In this document: piece after piece, positions 11,160-20,467 of the stretch
Numbering within the stretch: position 1 is the stretch's first letter
Layout of the letters: each line of letters starts with the position of its first letter
From: a virus
Virus record (IMG/VR): IMGVR_UViG_3300018080_008436
Coordinates: 58,998 to 122,997 of that record
DNA: 64,000 bases
Direction: 5' to 3' (one strand)
Program-made: the position numbers and the translations under genes
Notes under the pieces: model-generated
What the model saw: the letters and a program-made list of their open reading frames with translations, nothing else
The model's database searches: none
Told to the model about the DNA's origin: nothing

Positions 11160-11245
11160 AATTCATTATAATGCATATTTACGGCGTATTTGCGGTCTTA
11201 AATCCGCTTTCACGTCTTAATGTTCATTATAATGAATATTTACTC
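11160..11245. promoter_or_regulatory. duplicated palindromic promoter-like element
   Basis: TTCATTATAATGCATATTTAC (~11163) and TTCATTATAATGAATATTTAC (~11222) are direct repeats, each containing the palindrome CATTATAATG (a -10-like TATAAT readable on both strands), in an intergenic gap. Confidence 0.4.
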
Positions 11246-11626
11246 GTCAGTTTCTTTAGTAGGTAAGTCGTTCCATGTAGCGTCTTGCCACTCGCCACCC
11301 TTGTAAACCTGTAGTATCATGCCATTGTTACTAGAGATCAGAGAAGGATTGAGTTGAGTGTACATATGCTCTGGATCGGATGGGACATAGTCATCAGTAT
11401 GAGATTTCCTAAAACGTTGTGCGCCTTCTGTTGCCCTATCCCCTCCCAGGCTTACAACATGGACTTTGGATAGCTCTCCAATAATTCTTTTAAATCCTGC
11501 GCTGTTTCTGAGATTACGGAGAGCTTTGGATACCTCTGGACTGGAAAGGTCTCTATGGCTAATGGATTTAAGCAAGGAGTCCATGCTATTGAGAAGGTGT
11601 ATAGTCTCTTGGTCCGATTTCTTCAT
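11240..11626 (-). CDS. hypothetical protein
   Basis: 128-aa ORF. Confidence 0.35.
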   Translation of the reverse strand: MKKSDQETIHLLNSMDSLLKSISHRDLSSPEVSKALRNLRNSAGFKRIIGELSKVHVVSLGGDRATEGAQRFRKSHTDDYVPSDPEHMYTQLNPSLISSNNGMILQVYKGGEWQDATWNDLPTKETDE

Positions 11627-11883
11627 CCCAGAAGATTCTCCTGTTCATCAAGGGACTGAGACTCTATTCGTAAAATGAGTGATTCTTTCAATCCCTTGAG
11701 ATTTATGATCTCTTCGTTAATAACTTCATCAGTACAGTCAAAACAACAGGGCAAAGCAATCTTCTTTCCCCAACTTTCATAATCGACTGCTACGACTGGG
11801 GTCTTTGCCCTTATCCTCTCCCCGCACTTATAACAAGTTCGATCTTGTTCAAATTGTCTTATATAAAAACTCCAACCTTTCAT
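11623..11883 (-). CDS. zinc-ribbon protein
   Basis: Carries CxxC...CCFDC cysteine pairs. Confidence 0.35.
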   Translation of the reverse strand: MKGWSFYIRQFEQDRTCYKCGERIRAKTPVVAVDYESWGKKIALPCCFDCTDEVINEEIINLKGLKESLILRIESQSLDEQENLLG

Positions 11884-12080
11884 GCTGGGTCATAGCCCCC
11901 TTTACTAAATGGGTTACATCTAAGAATCCGCCATATGGCTTTCCCACTACCTTTGATGACCCCATATTTCTTTATGGCATCAATAGCGTATTGAGAGCAT
12001 GACGGATAAAACCTACAACAATTCGTCCAGCGGTATAGTGGTGAGATGAATCGTTGCCAAAGTTTGATAAAAATTACCAT
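11880..12080 (-). CDS. yidD: membrane protein insertion efficiency factor YidD
   Basis: [44 protein letters not shown] matches the YidD (haemolytic domain) consensus. Confidence 0.75.
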   Translation of the reverse strand: MVIFIKLWQRFISPLYRWTNCCRFYPSCSQYAIDAIKKYGVIKGSGKAIWRILRCNPFSKGGYDPA

Positions 12081-12319
12081 TCCTTTTCTTCAACCTCTTC
12101 AACCTCTTCAACTTCTTCTGTTGAAGTTTTGGGTTGGACTGGGGTTTCTTCAACTTGCTTCTCATTCATGTCCCAAATCCTTGGTGGGAAAAAATCGATA
12201 TTCCACTTCTTGTCTCCGATTGTCAACCCGAAAAAGATGGCCCAGAACATCAGGATAAAAACTACACACCCTACACAAGAACACCCTCCACTCGCATTAC
12301 CTGAACTTTCTTCACTCAT
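12074..12319 (-). CDS. small membrane protein with (EEV)n C-terminal tail
   Basis: One transmembrane helix followed by [11 protein letters not shown], encoded by a tandem 9-bp repeat at about 12090-12125. Confidence 0.35.
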   Translation of the reverse strand: MSEESSGNASGGCSCVGCVVFILMFWAIFFGLTIGDKKWNIDFFPPRIWDMNEKQVEETPVQPKTSTEEVEEVEEVEEKEW

Positions 12320-12688
12320 TGTACTTCTCCTATATTTAGTACAGTTATTTTATTATACCCGATACTTCCCAGGAATACAAGGCATATAAAAGAAAAGACC
12401 CTAATACATATCTATTAGGGTCTTAACTCGGACGGCTCCTACATTTAAGAGACAGCCCTTCATCTAAATATAACTAATCTAACTATATCGTAACCAAAGC
12501 GAAATCCATGCTTCCGTTTTTTCCCGACGTTTTTGACATCGATTTCCCCTGCATGAGGCAGACTATTTAGTTGGTGCCAGGGATGCAGTTTAGCAACAAC
12601 CTTTGTTGTCATTTTCGACGCAACCAATTCAATCGCTTTTGGCTACATTACTATTATAACCCGTCATTTATAGAATGCAAGTACTTTC

Positions 12689-12868
12689 TCAAATTTCATC
12701 CTCAGATTCTTCAATAATGGTAGTATCGATGGCTTGATAGGTTATGGTAAACAGGCAACCGCAATCCATACATTCAAACTCATGGGTACACTGTTCATTA
12801 TCAATATCGACAAGATCAAACTTGGTTGTCTGATCTACTTCATCACTATTACAACTTGGACACTTCAT
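12689..12868 (-). CDS. 59-aa zinc-ribbon protein (not in the ORF track)
   Basis: Hand translation gives MKCPSCNSDEVDQTTKFDLVDIDNEQCTHEFECMDCGCLFTITYQAIDTTIIEESEDEI, which has two CxxC pairs. Confidence 0.35.
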   Translation of the reverse strand: MKCPSCNSDEVDQTTKFDLVDIDNEQCTHEFECMDCGCLFTITYQAIDTTIIEESEDEI

Positions 12869-13669
12869 CTAGAACCTCACTAAACTCTTCAATTGCATCA
12901 GATCATCAAATTTCACATTGATACTGATGGAGAAAAGTCTTTTAAGAAGTCCTTCTTTAAAACGCACCGTTGCAATCTTGGGTTTGGGATTGGCAACGTG
13001 ATGATCTATGATCTGATCAGGATTCTTGAAATCGTCAACCAAACCTTTTTTCATTGCCTGCTTCCCAGAAAAGACCTTTGCGCTAACGATCTCTTCTTTA
13101 TTTTTCTCCATCTTTTTATTTGAACGTGCATTATACACCATTTCAACAAATTCTTCGTGACAATCTTCTAACAAAGCCTGGACAAGCATTTCATCTTTTG
13201 GCTCCAACGGTTTGAACGGACTAACAAACCCTTTGTTCTCACCAGCAGTGAACTCTCGGTATTCAATTTTATGATTGTCGATAAAGCGATCAAAGCCAAA
13301 ATTACTCATAATAACTCCAATGCTTCCAATAAGAGAAGAACGATGCGCATAGATCTTATCGCAAGCAGAAGCAATCATATATGCCCCTGAAGCGCAGACA
13401 TCACGACAATGGGCGACAATAGTACAATTAAGATCCTCTTTCAATTTGAGGATGGAATCATGAATCATTGAAGAACCAACAGGAGATCCACCACCTGAAT
13501 TGATATCAAGAATAATGAGCTTGAGGGCCGATTTATCAATTGATTTGAAGGTTCTGGCAAACTTCTCAGGATTGATCCCTTCTGCGGTCTTCTTGATTTC
13601 ACTTGCAGAAATAAATCCGTTTAACGGAACGATGACGACTTCTGGGGCTTCAGCTTTGAACATATCCAC
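12869..13669 (-). CDS. S49-family (SppA-like) serine peptidase
   Basis: LDINSGGGS and VCASGAYMIASACDKIYA are typical of the signal-peptide-peptidase / ClpP-fold S49 family. Confidence 0.7.
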   Translation of the reverse strand: MDMFKAEAPEVVIVPLNGFISASEIKKTAEGINPEKFARTFKSIDKSALKLIILDINSGGGSPVGSSMIHDSILKLKEDLNCTIVAHCRDVCASGAYMIASACDKIYAHRSSLIGSIGVIMSNFGFDRFIDNHKIEYREFTAGENKGFVSPFKPLEPKDEMLVQALLEDCHEEFVEMVYNARSNKKMEKNKEEIVSAKVFSGKQAMKKGLVDDFKNPDQIIDHHVANPKPKIATVRFKEGLLKRLFSISINVKFDDLMQLKSLVRF

Positions 13670-14465
13670 GCTCCTTCTTAATACTGTTTATAAATACTCT
13701 CATCTTGCGAAGTGATGCTTTCTCTATCTGCCTTATCCTTTCTCTTGTTAAACCATGCTCTACACTTAACTGCTCTAAAGTAGACTTCTTATCACTCATG
13801 AAACGTTTCTCAATGATTTTTCTCTCTCGATCATTTAACCTATCAAGTGCTTCATAAGCAATCTTCTTCATCTCTTTGTCGAAGACTTTCTTCCTTGCTT
13901 CCTCTTCAACAAAGATCGTTTCATACAAATCAATACTCGGATCTTGTGGCGCATCAAGAGATCGCATATTGTTAACAGGTTTGAATTGAGCGCGAAGAAG
14001 CTTATCTAAGCACCCTTCCTCATTAAGCATCGCCTCTTTATTGCGCTGTCTTCTCCTAATCTCATTATATGGAAGTCTCACAGTACGGGATGACTTGTCC
14101 ATGAATCCCATCACAGCGAACTTGACTGCTGTATTGAGGTAGCTCTGGAACTGAGTCTTCCCTTCGATATCGTACTTGATAATACACCTTAACACTGCCA
14201 GATAACATTCGTTCAGACAATCCATAAAAGATGAATTAGTGCTGTCAAGATGTTTTCTAACCAAGAGTACAACGAGCCTCAGATGTGAAAGAATAATTTT
14301 ATCCCTTGCTTCTAGAGCTTCGGGAGTCCAGGTCTTCTTATCTTTGTCATATCCTTTTTGCGCAATCACAACAAGTCTTCTGACTTCATCTTTATGAAGA
14401 GGATCACACTCTGATCGTTTGATATCTCTGTAATAAATATTGTCTAAGTTTACAGGTGTTGACAT
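13650..14465 (-). CDS. sigma-70 family RNA polymerase sigma factor
   Basis: Region 2 (LRLVVLLVRKH...YLNTAVKFAV) and region 4 HTH (LEQLSVEHGLTRERIRQIEKASLRKMR) are both present. Confidence 0.75.
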   Translation of the reverse strand: MSTPVNLDNIYYRDIKRSECDPLHKDEVRRLVVIAQKGYDKDKKTWTPEALEARDKIILSHLRLVVLLVRKHLDSTNSSFMDCLNECYLAVLRCIIKYDIEGKTQFQSYLNTAVKFAVMGFMDKSSRTVRLPYNEIRRRQRNKEAMLNEEGCLDKLLRAQFKPVNNMRSLDAPQDPSIDLYETIFVEEEARKKVFDKEMKKIAYEALDRLNDRERKIIEKRFMSDKKSTLEQLSVEHGLTRERIRQIEKASLRKMRVFINSIKKERGYVQS

Positions 14466-14473
14466 AGTTTCAC

Positions 14474-15322
14474 CTAGCTTCTGTCCTCGCCCTTCTCTCT
14501 TTGAATGAATCGTTTCATTTTTGCAAGGGCATCTCTTTCAATCTGTCTCACTCGTTCGCCAGACATATTGATTTCGTTTGCAATTCCTCTCAGAGTGTTG
14601 TCAACGTCTTCTTCTTTATTAAGAAACCGTCTCTCGATGATAAGCCTCTCTTTATCTTTAAGATGGCTCATGGCCTCAATAGCTATCTCTCGCATCTCAT
14701 GATCAAAAAGGATACGAGATGGATCTATCGGCATTGGTATGTCTCTAAAAGGCGAATTATGCATCTTAGAGCCATCATCGAAATCAAAGTCAATTGACCG
14801 AACATGACTGACAGGGTCGAAGTCTCCTTTTATTAATCTATCTAACGCATTAGGCGAACCGTAAATGTCATCTTCCACTTGTTGTCTTCGCATTGACTCA
14901 GCGATAGGAAGCTTTACCGAAGTCCCATGCTCTCGTATAAATCTCCAAACATGACGACGAATTGCAACCTGGGCATAAGTTGTAAAGTGAGTTGATGCAT
15001 TCACATCATATCTTGCAATACATTTTAATATCGCATAATGACATTCATTGATGCAGTCAAGGAAAAGAGGGTGCGGACTGCTGATGACCTTGTGAATGAT
15101 ATAAGGCACCAATCTGATGTTCGCTTTAACAACTTTGTTCTTAGCCTCGACTGACTCTTGCGTTTCCCATTTTTTAGTTTCAGGGTTGTAACCCGACTGA
15201 GCAACTTTGACTAGCTCTTTGATCTCTTCATTGCTGATCGGGTCATATTCTGGTTTCTGAATTTCCTTAAAGTACTGAGCTTGAGCACCTGACGATATAA
15301 CAATCCCGTCTGCGTTCTTCAA
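14474..15322 (-). CDS. sigma-70 family RNA polymerase sigma factor (paralogue)
   Basis: Region 2 (IRLVPYIIHKV...YAQVAIRRHV) and region 4 (LRGIANEINMSGERVRQIERDALAKMKR) are present; it lies in tandem with the previous sigma gene. Confidence 0.75.
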   Translation of the reverse strand: MKNADGIVISSGAQAQYFKEIQKPEYDPISNEEIKELVKVAQSGYNPETKKWETQESVEAKNKVVKANIRLVPYIIHKVISSPHPLFLDCINECHYAILKCIARYDVNASTHFTTYAQVAIRRHVWRFIREHGTSVKLPIAESMRRQQVEDDIYGSPNALDRLIKGDFDPVSHVRSIDFDFDDGSKMHNSPFRDIPMPIDPSRILFDHEMREIAIEAMSHLKDKERLIIERRFLNKEEDVDNTLRGIANEINMSGERVRQIERDALAKMKRFIQREKGEDRS

Positions 15323-15370
15323 ATTACACTTCTCCTGCCATTCTATTGTCTCTTCCCCAAACCCCTCTGT

Positions 15371-15763
15371 TTAATACAGCGGGAGATTTCCAGTGATTTC
15401 CTTTATTTGGTCAAAGTCTGCTGGCCCAATTGAAATTCCAACCCAGACTTTGATAGATTTCTTTAATGCCTCTGATGGAACCAAGTCTTCCCACCGACAA
15501 ACAGTAAGTCCTGACTTGACTGCATCATCATAAATATCTTGAAGTTCTTCTTTGGTGTTAACAGCTAGAATAGAAATGTATGGTTTACTCATCCATTCCT
15601 GTTCTTCTTCTGAAAATGGTCTCCCCGCCAGGATGCGAGATCGCATCCATTGGTCTGAAAGATGCGCGACCTGAGCCGCAAGCAATCCTTCAGGGAGTTC
15701 GAACCCTTTTCTCACTACACATGTTAATCTTGTATTAGCCATTACTCGCTCTCCTATGTTCAT
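15371..15763 (-). CDS. peptidyl-tRNA hydrolase, PTH2 family
   Basis: RLTCVVRKGFELPEGLLAAQVAHLS matches the PTH2 K-x-V-x-V-R...G-K-xAAQ-x-H motif. Confidence 0.6.
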   Translation of the reverse strand: MNIGERVMANTRLTCVVRKGFELPEGLLAAQVAHLSDQWMRSRILAGRPFSEEEQEWMSKPYISILAVNTKEELQDIYDDAVKSGLTVCRWEDLVPSEALKKSIKVWVGISIGPADFDQIKEITGNLPLY

Positions 15764-15969
15764 TAATCACATCAATAATCTTCATGCCCAAGTCATGAGT
15801 AGATGTAGATCTTGCCACGTAATCCTGTAGGTTATTGATATGAGGATCTACGCTGATAACACCTTTAACCATTAAAATAGCATTGATGATATGTTCACAA
15901 TCATCGTCCCTGTAATCCTTATCAAGAACTACCGTTAACGTTCTGATACGATCACTCATTTTTTCTCCT

Positions 15970-16719
15970 TTAGAAAGGTTCTACATCTTCAATGAAAATG
16001 CGTTGTTCCCAACTTTGTATACTTGACTGCCTTACTCTACCCAACTCAACCCTGGATGCGAAAAGGATCATGAGCGCAATAAAAGGCATAAACAGTTGAT
16101 TAAATGCAATACCTGCTATGAACATAATGATACAACATACCACTGCAAGGTAGAATGTCACATTCATAGATAAGACGATATTCTTGGTAAAGAACATCAT
16201 GATCGATCTGAAGATTCTTCCCCCATCCATCGGCCAAGCAGGTATTAAGTTGAAGACAGCAAATATCAAATTAATCACAACAAGATATGATGGGAACTTG
16301 TATCCAGGGCCTACTACTAAACTAACTATAAAGAAAATCACCGCTAACAAAAGTGAAGTCATAGGTCCAGCCAATGCCACCCAGAACTCTTGTTTGGCAT
16401 TTTTTCTGTCTATAGGGATAGAAGCGGCTCCACCAATTGCATACAGAACAATCTTGTCAGTGTAAATTCTGAACTTCCTGGCCATAAAACAATGACCAAG
16501 TTCATGTATCAAAACACAAAACATGGCTATGGCATAAACAGCCGCATATTCCCACCCATTCAAGATAAGGAAGATAAGGAAAGCGATGGTGCATGAGAAA
16601 TGAATAGTTACAGGTATCCCAGACCACTTCCCTAAAGAGAATGAAAGTTTGTCAATCATTGTTATGCCGTTGGAATGCAATTGTAATCTCCAGTTTATAT
16701 TTGTACTTGAGTCTAACAT
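15970..16719 (-). CDS. M50-family site-2 protease (intramembrane zinc metalloprotease)
   Basis: HELGH lies inside a transmembrane helix (VLIHELGHCFMA) and a downstream PMDGGRIF (LDG) motif is present, on a polytopic membrane topology. Confidence 0.8.
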   Translation of the reverse strand: MLDSSTNINWRLQLHSNGITMIDKLSFSLGKWSGIPVTIHFSCTIAFLIFLILNGWEYAAVYAIAMFCVLIHELGHCFMARKFRIYTDKIVLYAIGGAASIPIDRKNAKQEFWVALAGPMTSLLLAVIFFIVSLVVGPGYKFPSYLVVINLIFAVFNLIPAWPMDGGRIFRSIMMFFTKNIVLSMNVTFYLAVVCCIIMFIAGIAFNQLFMPFIALMILFASRVELGRVRQSSIQSWEQRIFIEDVEPF

Positions 16720-16761
16720 AACGCATTTTAAGCGTTTGTCAAGTTAGGTCAATGCTTTTCT

Positions 16762-17100
16762 TTAACTGTTTCTCAGATCGTCAAACCATTGCTTTCTTTT
16801 CAGCCATGCTTCTCGGTAAAGATGGTGATGATATTCATATGTATGATGATTCTTCTTGAAGCGCCAATGCTCTTTCTCACGAGGTTTACGCTTCTTGTGT
16901 TTTTTTGGTTTTGGAATACGGTATTGGGTTTTTCGTTGGGACTTCCAGCAGTTGCAGTCCCAGTAATAATACGAATCCCAGTGGTCCCCCCAAGGCTCTA
17001 ATGGATGAAGTTTCCATTCTCTGCTATGAGAGATGGCTTTGCGACCAGTCTTTCCACGGTTCCAGTTCTCTTCGAACCACTCCAATTCTTCTGTTGTCAT
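16762..17100 (-). CDS. hypothetical His/Trp-rich basic protein
   Basis: Unusual composition: HHTYEYHHHLY, KPKKHKKRKPREKEH, and many Trp residues. Confidence 0.3.
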   Translation of the reverse strand: MTTEELEWFEENWNRGKTGRKAISHSREWKLHPLEPWGDHWDSYYYWDCNCWKSQRKTQYRIPKPKKHKKRKPREKEHWRFKKNHHTYEYHHHLYREAWLKRKQWFDDLRNS

Positions 17101-17184
17101 AATGACCTCCTAAGTGTTTAACTTATTCGGTCATCATACTCCTGATAGATTGTCATAATAATTCCTTAATTTTAGAAATTCTTG

Positions 17185-17955
17185 TCAGTCATCGTAGAAG
17201 TGAACTCCATGATCGTTCAGGACTTCTAAAGCTTCATTAAATGCTTCCTCTCTGAATGCTATACCTGCGCCTCTTTCTGAAGGTTCATAGGCGCATCCAC
17301 CATAAACAAGCTCAAGGTCATAAAGAAGACTTGACATCTTCTCTTTAAGATCTTCATCCATATTATACATCTGAGTGAAGTGATCCTGGACCTCAATGAG
17401 TGCAGGTTTAATCTCTTGTTCGATTTCAATTGTTTTCTTGTCTGGCCAAACCGCTCTGTCATTTGCACCATGCAACATAAAGAATGAATTCAGAAGTCTT
17501 CCGAATTGGAAGTGCCTTTCTTTTCGATCCTCTATTGGCTCAAGCTGTTTCATCACATTTGTCGCCAACTTCCAGACTTGCAGAGCCAGATCATCAGGAA
17601 CGACAATAAGATTAGTCCATTTATGAAATTCACAGAATCGATATTTGAAACTCATGAATTGGCGACCATATATTTGACAATTAGCCATACTAGGGTCAAT
17701 GCCAATGGTTTTTGCCATCTTTATGACTTCTTTCTCGGTCATGACATAATCATAATCAGATTCTTTTGTAAAAGGACCATACTCACTAGTACCAGTTCTG
17801 AGACCAAAATCAGTAATCCATCCTATTAAAAGACTTATTTGTGATTCGTCCTTACACTTCATTTTTATATACACCTTCAAGAGCATCTCTTTTCTCTTCG
17901 TCGCCATCCCATGCAGGACACGAACCAGTAACCATGACAGACATTTCTCTCTCAT
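17185..17955 (-). CDS. hypothetical protein
   Basis: 256-aa ORF. Confidence 0.4.
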   Translation of the reverse strand: MREKCLSWLLVRVLHGMATKRKEMLLKVYIKMKCKDESQISLLIGWITDFGLRTGTSEYGPFTKESDYDYVMTEKEVIKMAKTIGIDPSMANCQIYGRQFMSFKYRFCEFHKWTNLIVVPDDLALQVWKLATNVMKQLEPIEDRKERHFQFGRLLNSFFMLHGANDRAVWPDKKTIEIEQEIKPALIEVQDHFTQMYNMDEDLKEKMSSLLYDLELVYGGCAYEPSERGAGIAFREEAFNEALEVLNDHGVHFYDD

Positions 17956-18103
17956 GGCCAGTATGCTTTTTGTGTTTATATGTATAAAGTTTGCAAGTTC
18001 CCCAGATACAACCTGGGTTGATGTTGGAATATTTGCAGGTAAGACAGCAGGCCATGTGTTTGTAGCCTACTTCTTTCATTTTGGCGAGTTTGTTCTCATC
18101 CAT
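17852..18103 (-). CDS. small Cys-rich protein
   Basis: CCLTCKYSNINPGCIWGTCK...GSCPAW. Confidence 0.3.
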   Translation of the reverse strand: MDENKLAKMKEVGYKHMACCLTCKYSNINPGCIWGTCKLYTYKHKKHTGHEREMSVMVTGSCPAWDGDEEKRDALEGVYKNEV

Positions 18104-18506
18104 TGTATTGCTCCTTTTAACCTAATTTATAGGTGGAGTAATGATTTCACACCAATATTCTGGTTCTTCATGCCAATCGTAGAATCTATCTTCGTATGCA
18201 TCATATACAGCCCAGCTTCCCTCATACGCTTCATAAAAAGTAAACATGCCTTGTACCCATGTAGCCCATTCGGGAGACCACATCAAGATAAAAGCTTGTT
18301 CACCTGGAGTCGTTCTGGGTAGTTGTTCAGCCGTTTTGATCCATGTACCGCTAGAATGATTTTTCTCAGTGACATCCATTGCATTGCTCCAAATAAAAAA
18401 TGGTTCGGCTTACTCATAGGATCTCTCTTATGGTCGGACTTTGAACCCGTTACAGTGCTACCAATTGCCTTCTTATTTATAAAGCACACCATTTTAAAAT
18501 TGTGAA

Positions 18507-19199
18507 TTAGGATTTCTTAATCCCAATGAAGCCAACTTCTTCGTATCCAACAAGACCGCATTTTTTTCTGAGTGGATCATCAGCGAGTAAATATGTTCTG
18601 TCTTGTCTGATAAACTTGTGGACCTCATAACAACCAAGTTCCTCAAAAATCTTTATAAGTCTCTTGTTCTCTTTATCCAAATAATCATCTACTTGTGGAA
18701 CAAAAGGATCTTTTCTGTTGATAATTGCGTTCAATCTTGCTTTAGGAGTTAAAAGCTTATACTTGGTGAAATATTTACGAGCATCCATCTCTGGTAAACA
18801 CGCAATCTCAAAAGTGCGAGATAAGGCTCTTTTTCCAGTTGTGACTTGGATGACTTCTCCAGAGCGATTCTCCATTACATAAGTCATTTCCCTTGGATTT
18901 CTTTCAATTATCGCCAACGCACCTTGTGGAAGGTTATGAACGACAAGTTTACATCTCGGAGAACTTGAAGTCTTGGAAGAAATATATATGGAGTCACTCC
19001 AAATATGCCCAACCCCCTTTAAATCACTAAAGGTACAAGATTCTTTTATTTTATTAAATAACTTTGAAGTACAAACAGTGGCAGGTATAAGTGCTAAAAT
19101 CGACTTGATAAAGTTTTTTCTATTCATTGTTCTTTCTCTTTCTTTAATTGTATGTTGGAGCGGTATACCGAACTCGAATCGGTCCCTCAACCTTGGCAA
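18507..19199 (-). CDS. hypothetical protein with N-terminal signal/TM segment
   Basis: 230-aa ORF containing KNFIKSILALIPATVCTS. Confidence 0.35.
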   Translation of the reverse strand: MPRLRDRFEFGIPLQHTIKERERTMNRKNFIKSILALIPATVCTSKLFNKIKESCTFSDLKGVGHIWSDSIYISSKTSSSPRCKLVVHNLPQGALAIIERNPREMTYVMENRSGEVIQVTTGKRALSRTFEIACLPEMDARKYFTKYKLLTPKARLNAIINRKDPFVPQVDDYLDKENKRLIKIFEELGCYEVHKFIRQDRTYLLADDPLRKKCGLVGYEEVGFIGIKKS

Positions 19200-19309
19200 A
19201 GTTGCATGCTACCACTAACACCAATACCGCATAAAGCGCCCCTCTCCTGATTTGAGCTTCACTAGATAGGCTTAAGAGATCGGACTTGACATACGTCTAT
19301 GCCCATTCT

Positions 19310-19389
19310 TGGTGGACCAAGAGGGATTCGAACCCTCGAAAGAATGCGTCCACTATCGGCTTTAACACTCTTCCTAGCCTAATTAGCCC
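19310..19389 (-). tRNA. tRNA-like gene (anticodon not resolved)
   Basis: The minus strand has a canonical T-arm GAGGG-TTCGAAT-CCCTC, a 3' TTGGTCC-A-CCA end, and a matching 5' acceptor strand GGGCTAA. The D and anticodon arms are irregular. Confidence 0.45.
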
Positions 19390-19391
19390 AT

Positions 19392-19470
19392 TGGCGCGGA
19401 GGGTTGGATTCGAACCAACGTCTCTAGGTTCTTACGCCTAGTGCAATAACTTCCAATCCAGATCCTTTTG
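19392..19470 (-). tRNA. tRNA-like 3' portion (5' boundary uncertain)
   Basis: T-arm GTTGG-TTCGAAT-CCAAC and a 3' CCTCCGC-G-CCA end are present. The only matching 5' acceptor strand (GCGGAGG) lies ~200 nt upstream at 19587-19593. Confidence 0.35.
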
Positions 19471-19599
19471 GCCTTAAAGGTCTAGAAAGGTCGAAGATTA
19501 ATAATATTCCGCTTCGGTAAAAACGTAAGATTATCTAGAAATCTTAGTCCCCTAGCATTCAATTATCAACCTGTCCTCTATGCTACCTCCGCATAAATT

Positions 19600-19684
19600 T
19601 GGAGCGAAAGAAAGGAGTCGAACCTTTTAATCAAGAGTCTCTACGACCGATAACGAGCCTTGAAGTATTACCACATACTTTCGC
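19600..19684 (-). tRNA. tRNA-like, long (type-II-sized, 82 nt + CCA)
   Basis: Acceptor GCGAAAG/CTTTCGC, T-arm AAAGG-TTCGACT-CCTTT, and an encoded CCA. The internal arms are non-canonical. Confidence 0.45.
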
Positions 19685-19815
19685 TAAAGTGAGGATTTTA
19701 ATAGCCGAGAGTACCTCACAATTCTCTCCGCAGTGATTATGATTGAGACCGTCAAATCACTCTTGGCTACGCATTACTGCGCTGTCCCAAACCTATAAAT
19801 AGGTCAACCAAACGT

Positions 19816-19902
19816 TGGAGCGGGTAACAGGATTCGAACCTGCGTAAACTATTCGCCTCGAACTTGGAAGGATCGCGCTCTACCTGACTGAGCTATACCC
19901 GC
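19816..19902 (-). tRNA. tRNA (D-arm GCTC-AGTCAGGTA-GAGC; ~15-nt variable region; anticodon loop possibly CUUCCAA)
   Basis: Acceptor GCGGGTA/TACCCGC, T-arm GCAGG-TTCGAAT-CCTGT, and an encoded CCA. Confidence 0.55.
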
Positions 19903-19908
19903 AAAACC

Positions 19909-19982
19909 TGGAGCGGATAGAGGAATTCGAATCCTCGCCAAGAGGTTGGAAACCTCGTATGCTACCATTACACCATACCCGC
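19909..19982 (-). tRNA. tRNA-Gly (UCC)
   Basis: The structure GCGGGTA-TG-GTGT-AATGGTA-GCAT-A-CGAGG-TTTCCAA-CCTCT-TGGC-GAGGA-TTCGAAT-TCCTC-TATCCGC-T-CCA closely resembles T4 tRNA-Gly. Confidence 0.8.
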
Positions 19983-20224
19983 ATAAAAAGATGCCCCTAC
20001 AACCCCCGCTAAAGGGAATGAACTGTGACGAATGACATTTTCGAGCGCTACTCCAATGTCAATTTTCACGTTGCCCAGCATCACCTGTAAGCGTCTTCTC
20101 TGGATTCATTGTCCAGCGACTCATTCACCAAAATGATTCCCATTTTCGCTTTATCCAGTAGGTTCCTGGGGTGGGCTAAAACCACCGCCATAGTTCATCA
20201 TTCTTTGCAGGCGCATAAAAAGTC

Positions 20225-20300
20225 TCCCACTGGGACTTGAACCCAGAACTCGCATACATTTCCCAAGGTTGTGCTCGTTAACTCTGACGCTCAAGGTTCC
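20225..20300 (-). ncRNA. tRNA-like 3' element (T-arm CTGGG-TTCAAGT-CCCAG, no encoded CCA)
   Basis: A T-arm and 3' acceptor strand TGGGAGA are present, but the only matching 5' strand (TCTCCCA) is ~155 nt upstream (20378-20384). It may be analogous to the small stable tRNA-like RNAs of the T4 tRNA region. Confidence 0.3.
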
Positions 20301-20384
20301 TGTACGCCAGCGAATCCTCGTTCTTATATCAGCGAATCTATCTGACCAAACAAGGAACACCTATACCATTTAGCGATGGGAGAT

Positions 20385-20464
20385 TGGTGGGTTCGGCAGG
20401 ACTTACACCTGCATTACCTCTCATGGGGGAATCGAGAGGGTCTTAAAAATTAGATGACGAACCC
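20385..20464 (-). ncRNA. tRNA-like element with non-canonical T-loop and enlarged anticodon-region loop
   Basis: Acceptor pair GGGTTCG/CGAACCC and an encoded CCA, with T-arm GCAGG-TGTAAGT-CCTGC and a candidate stem CTCTC/GAGAG enclosing 11 nt. Confidence 0.35.
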
Positions 20465-20467
20465 AAA

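Noticed and set aside
19392-19593. A group I intron-containing tRNA spanning about 200 nt.
   Set aside because: The insert (~125 nt) is too short for a group I intron, and I could not fold the conserved P/Q/R/S elements. I report only the 3' tRNA-like portion.
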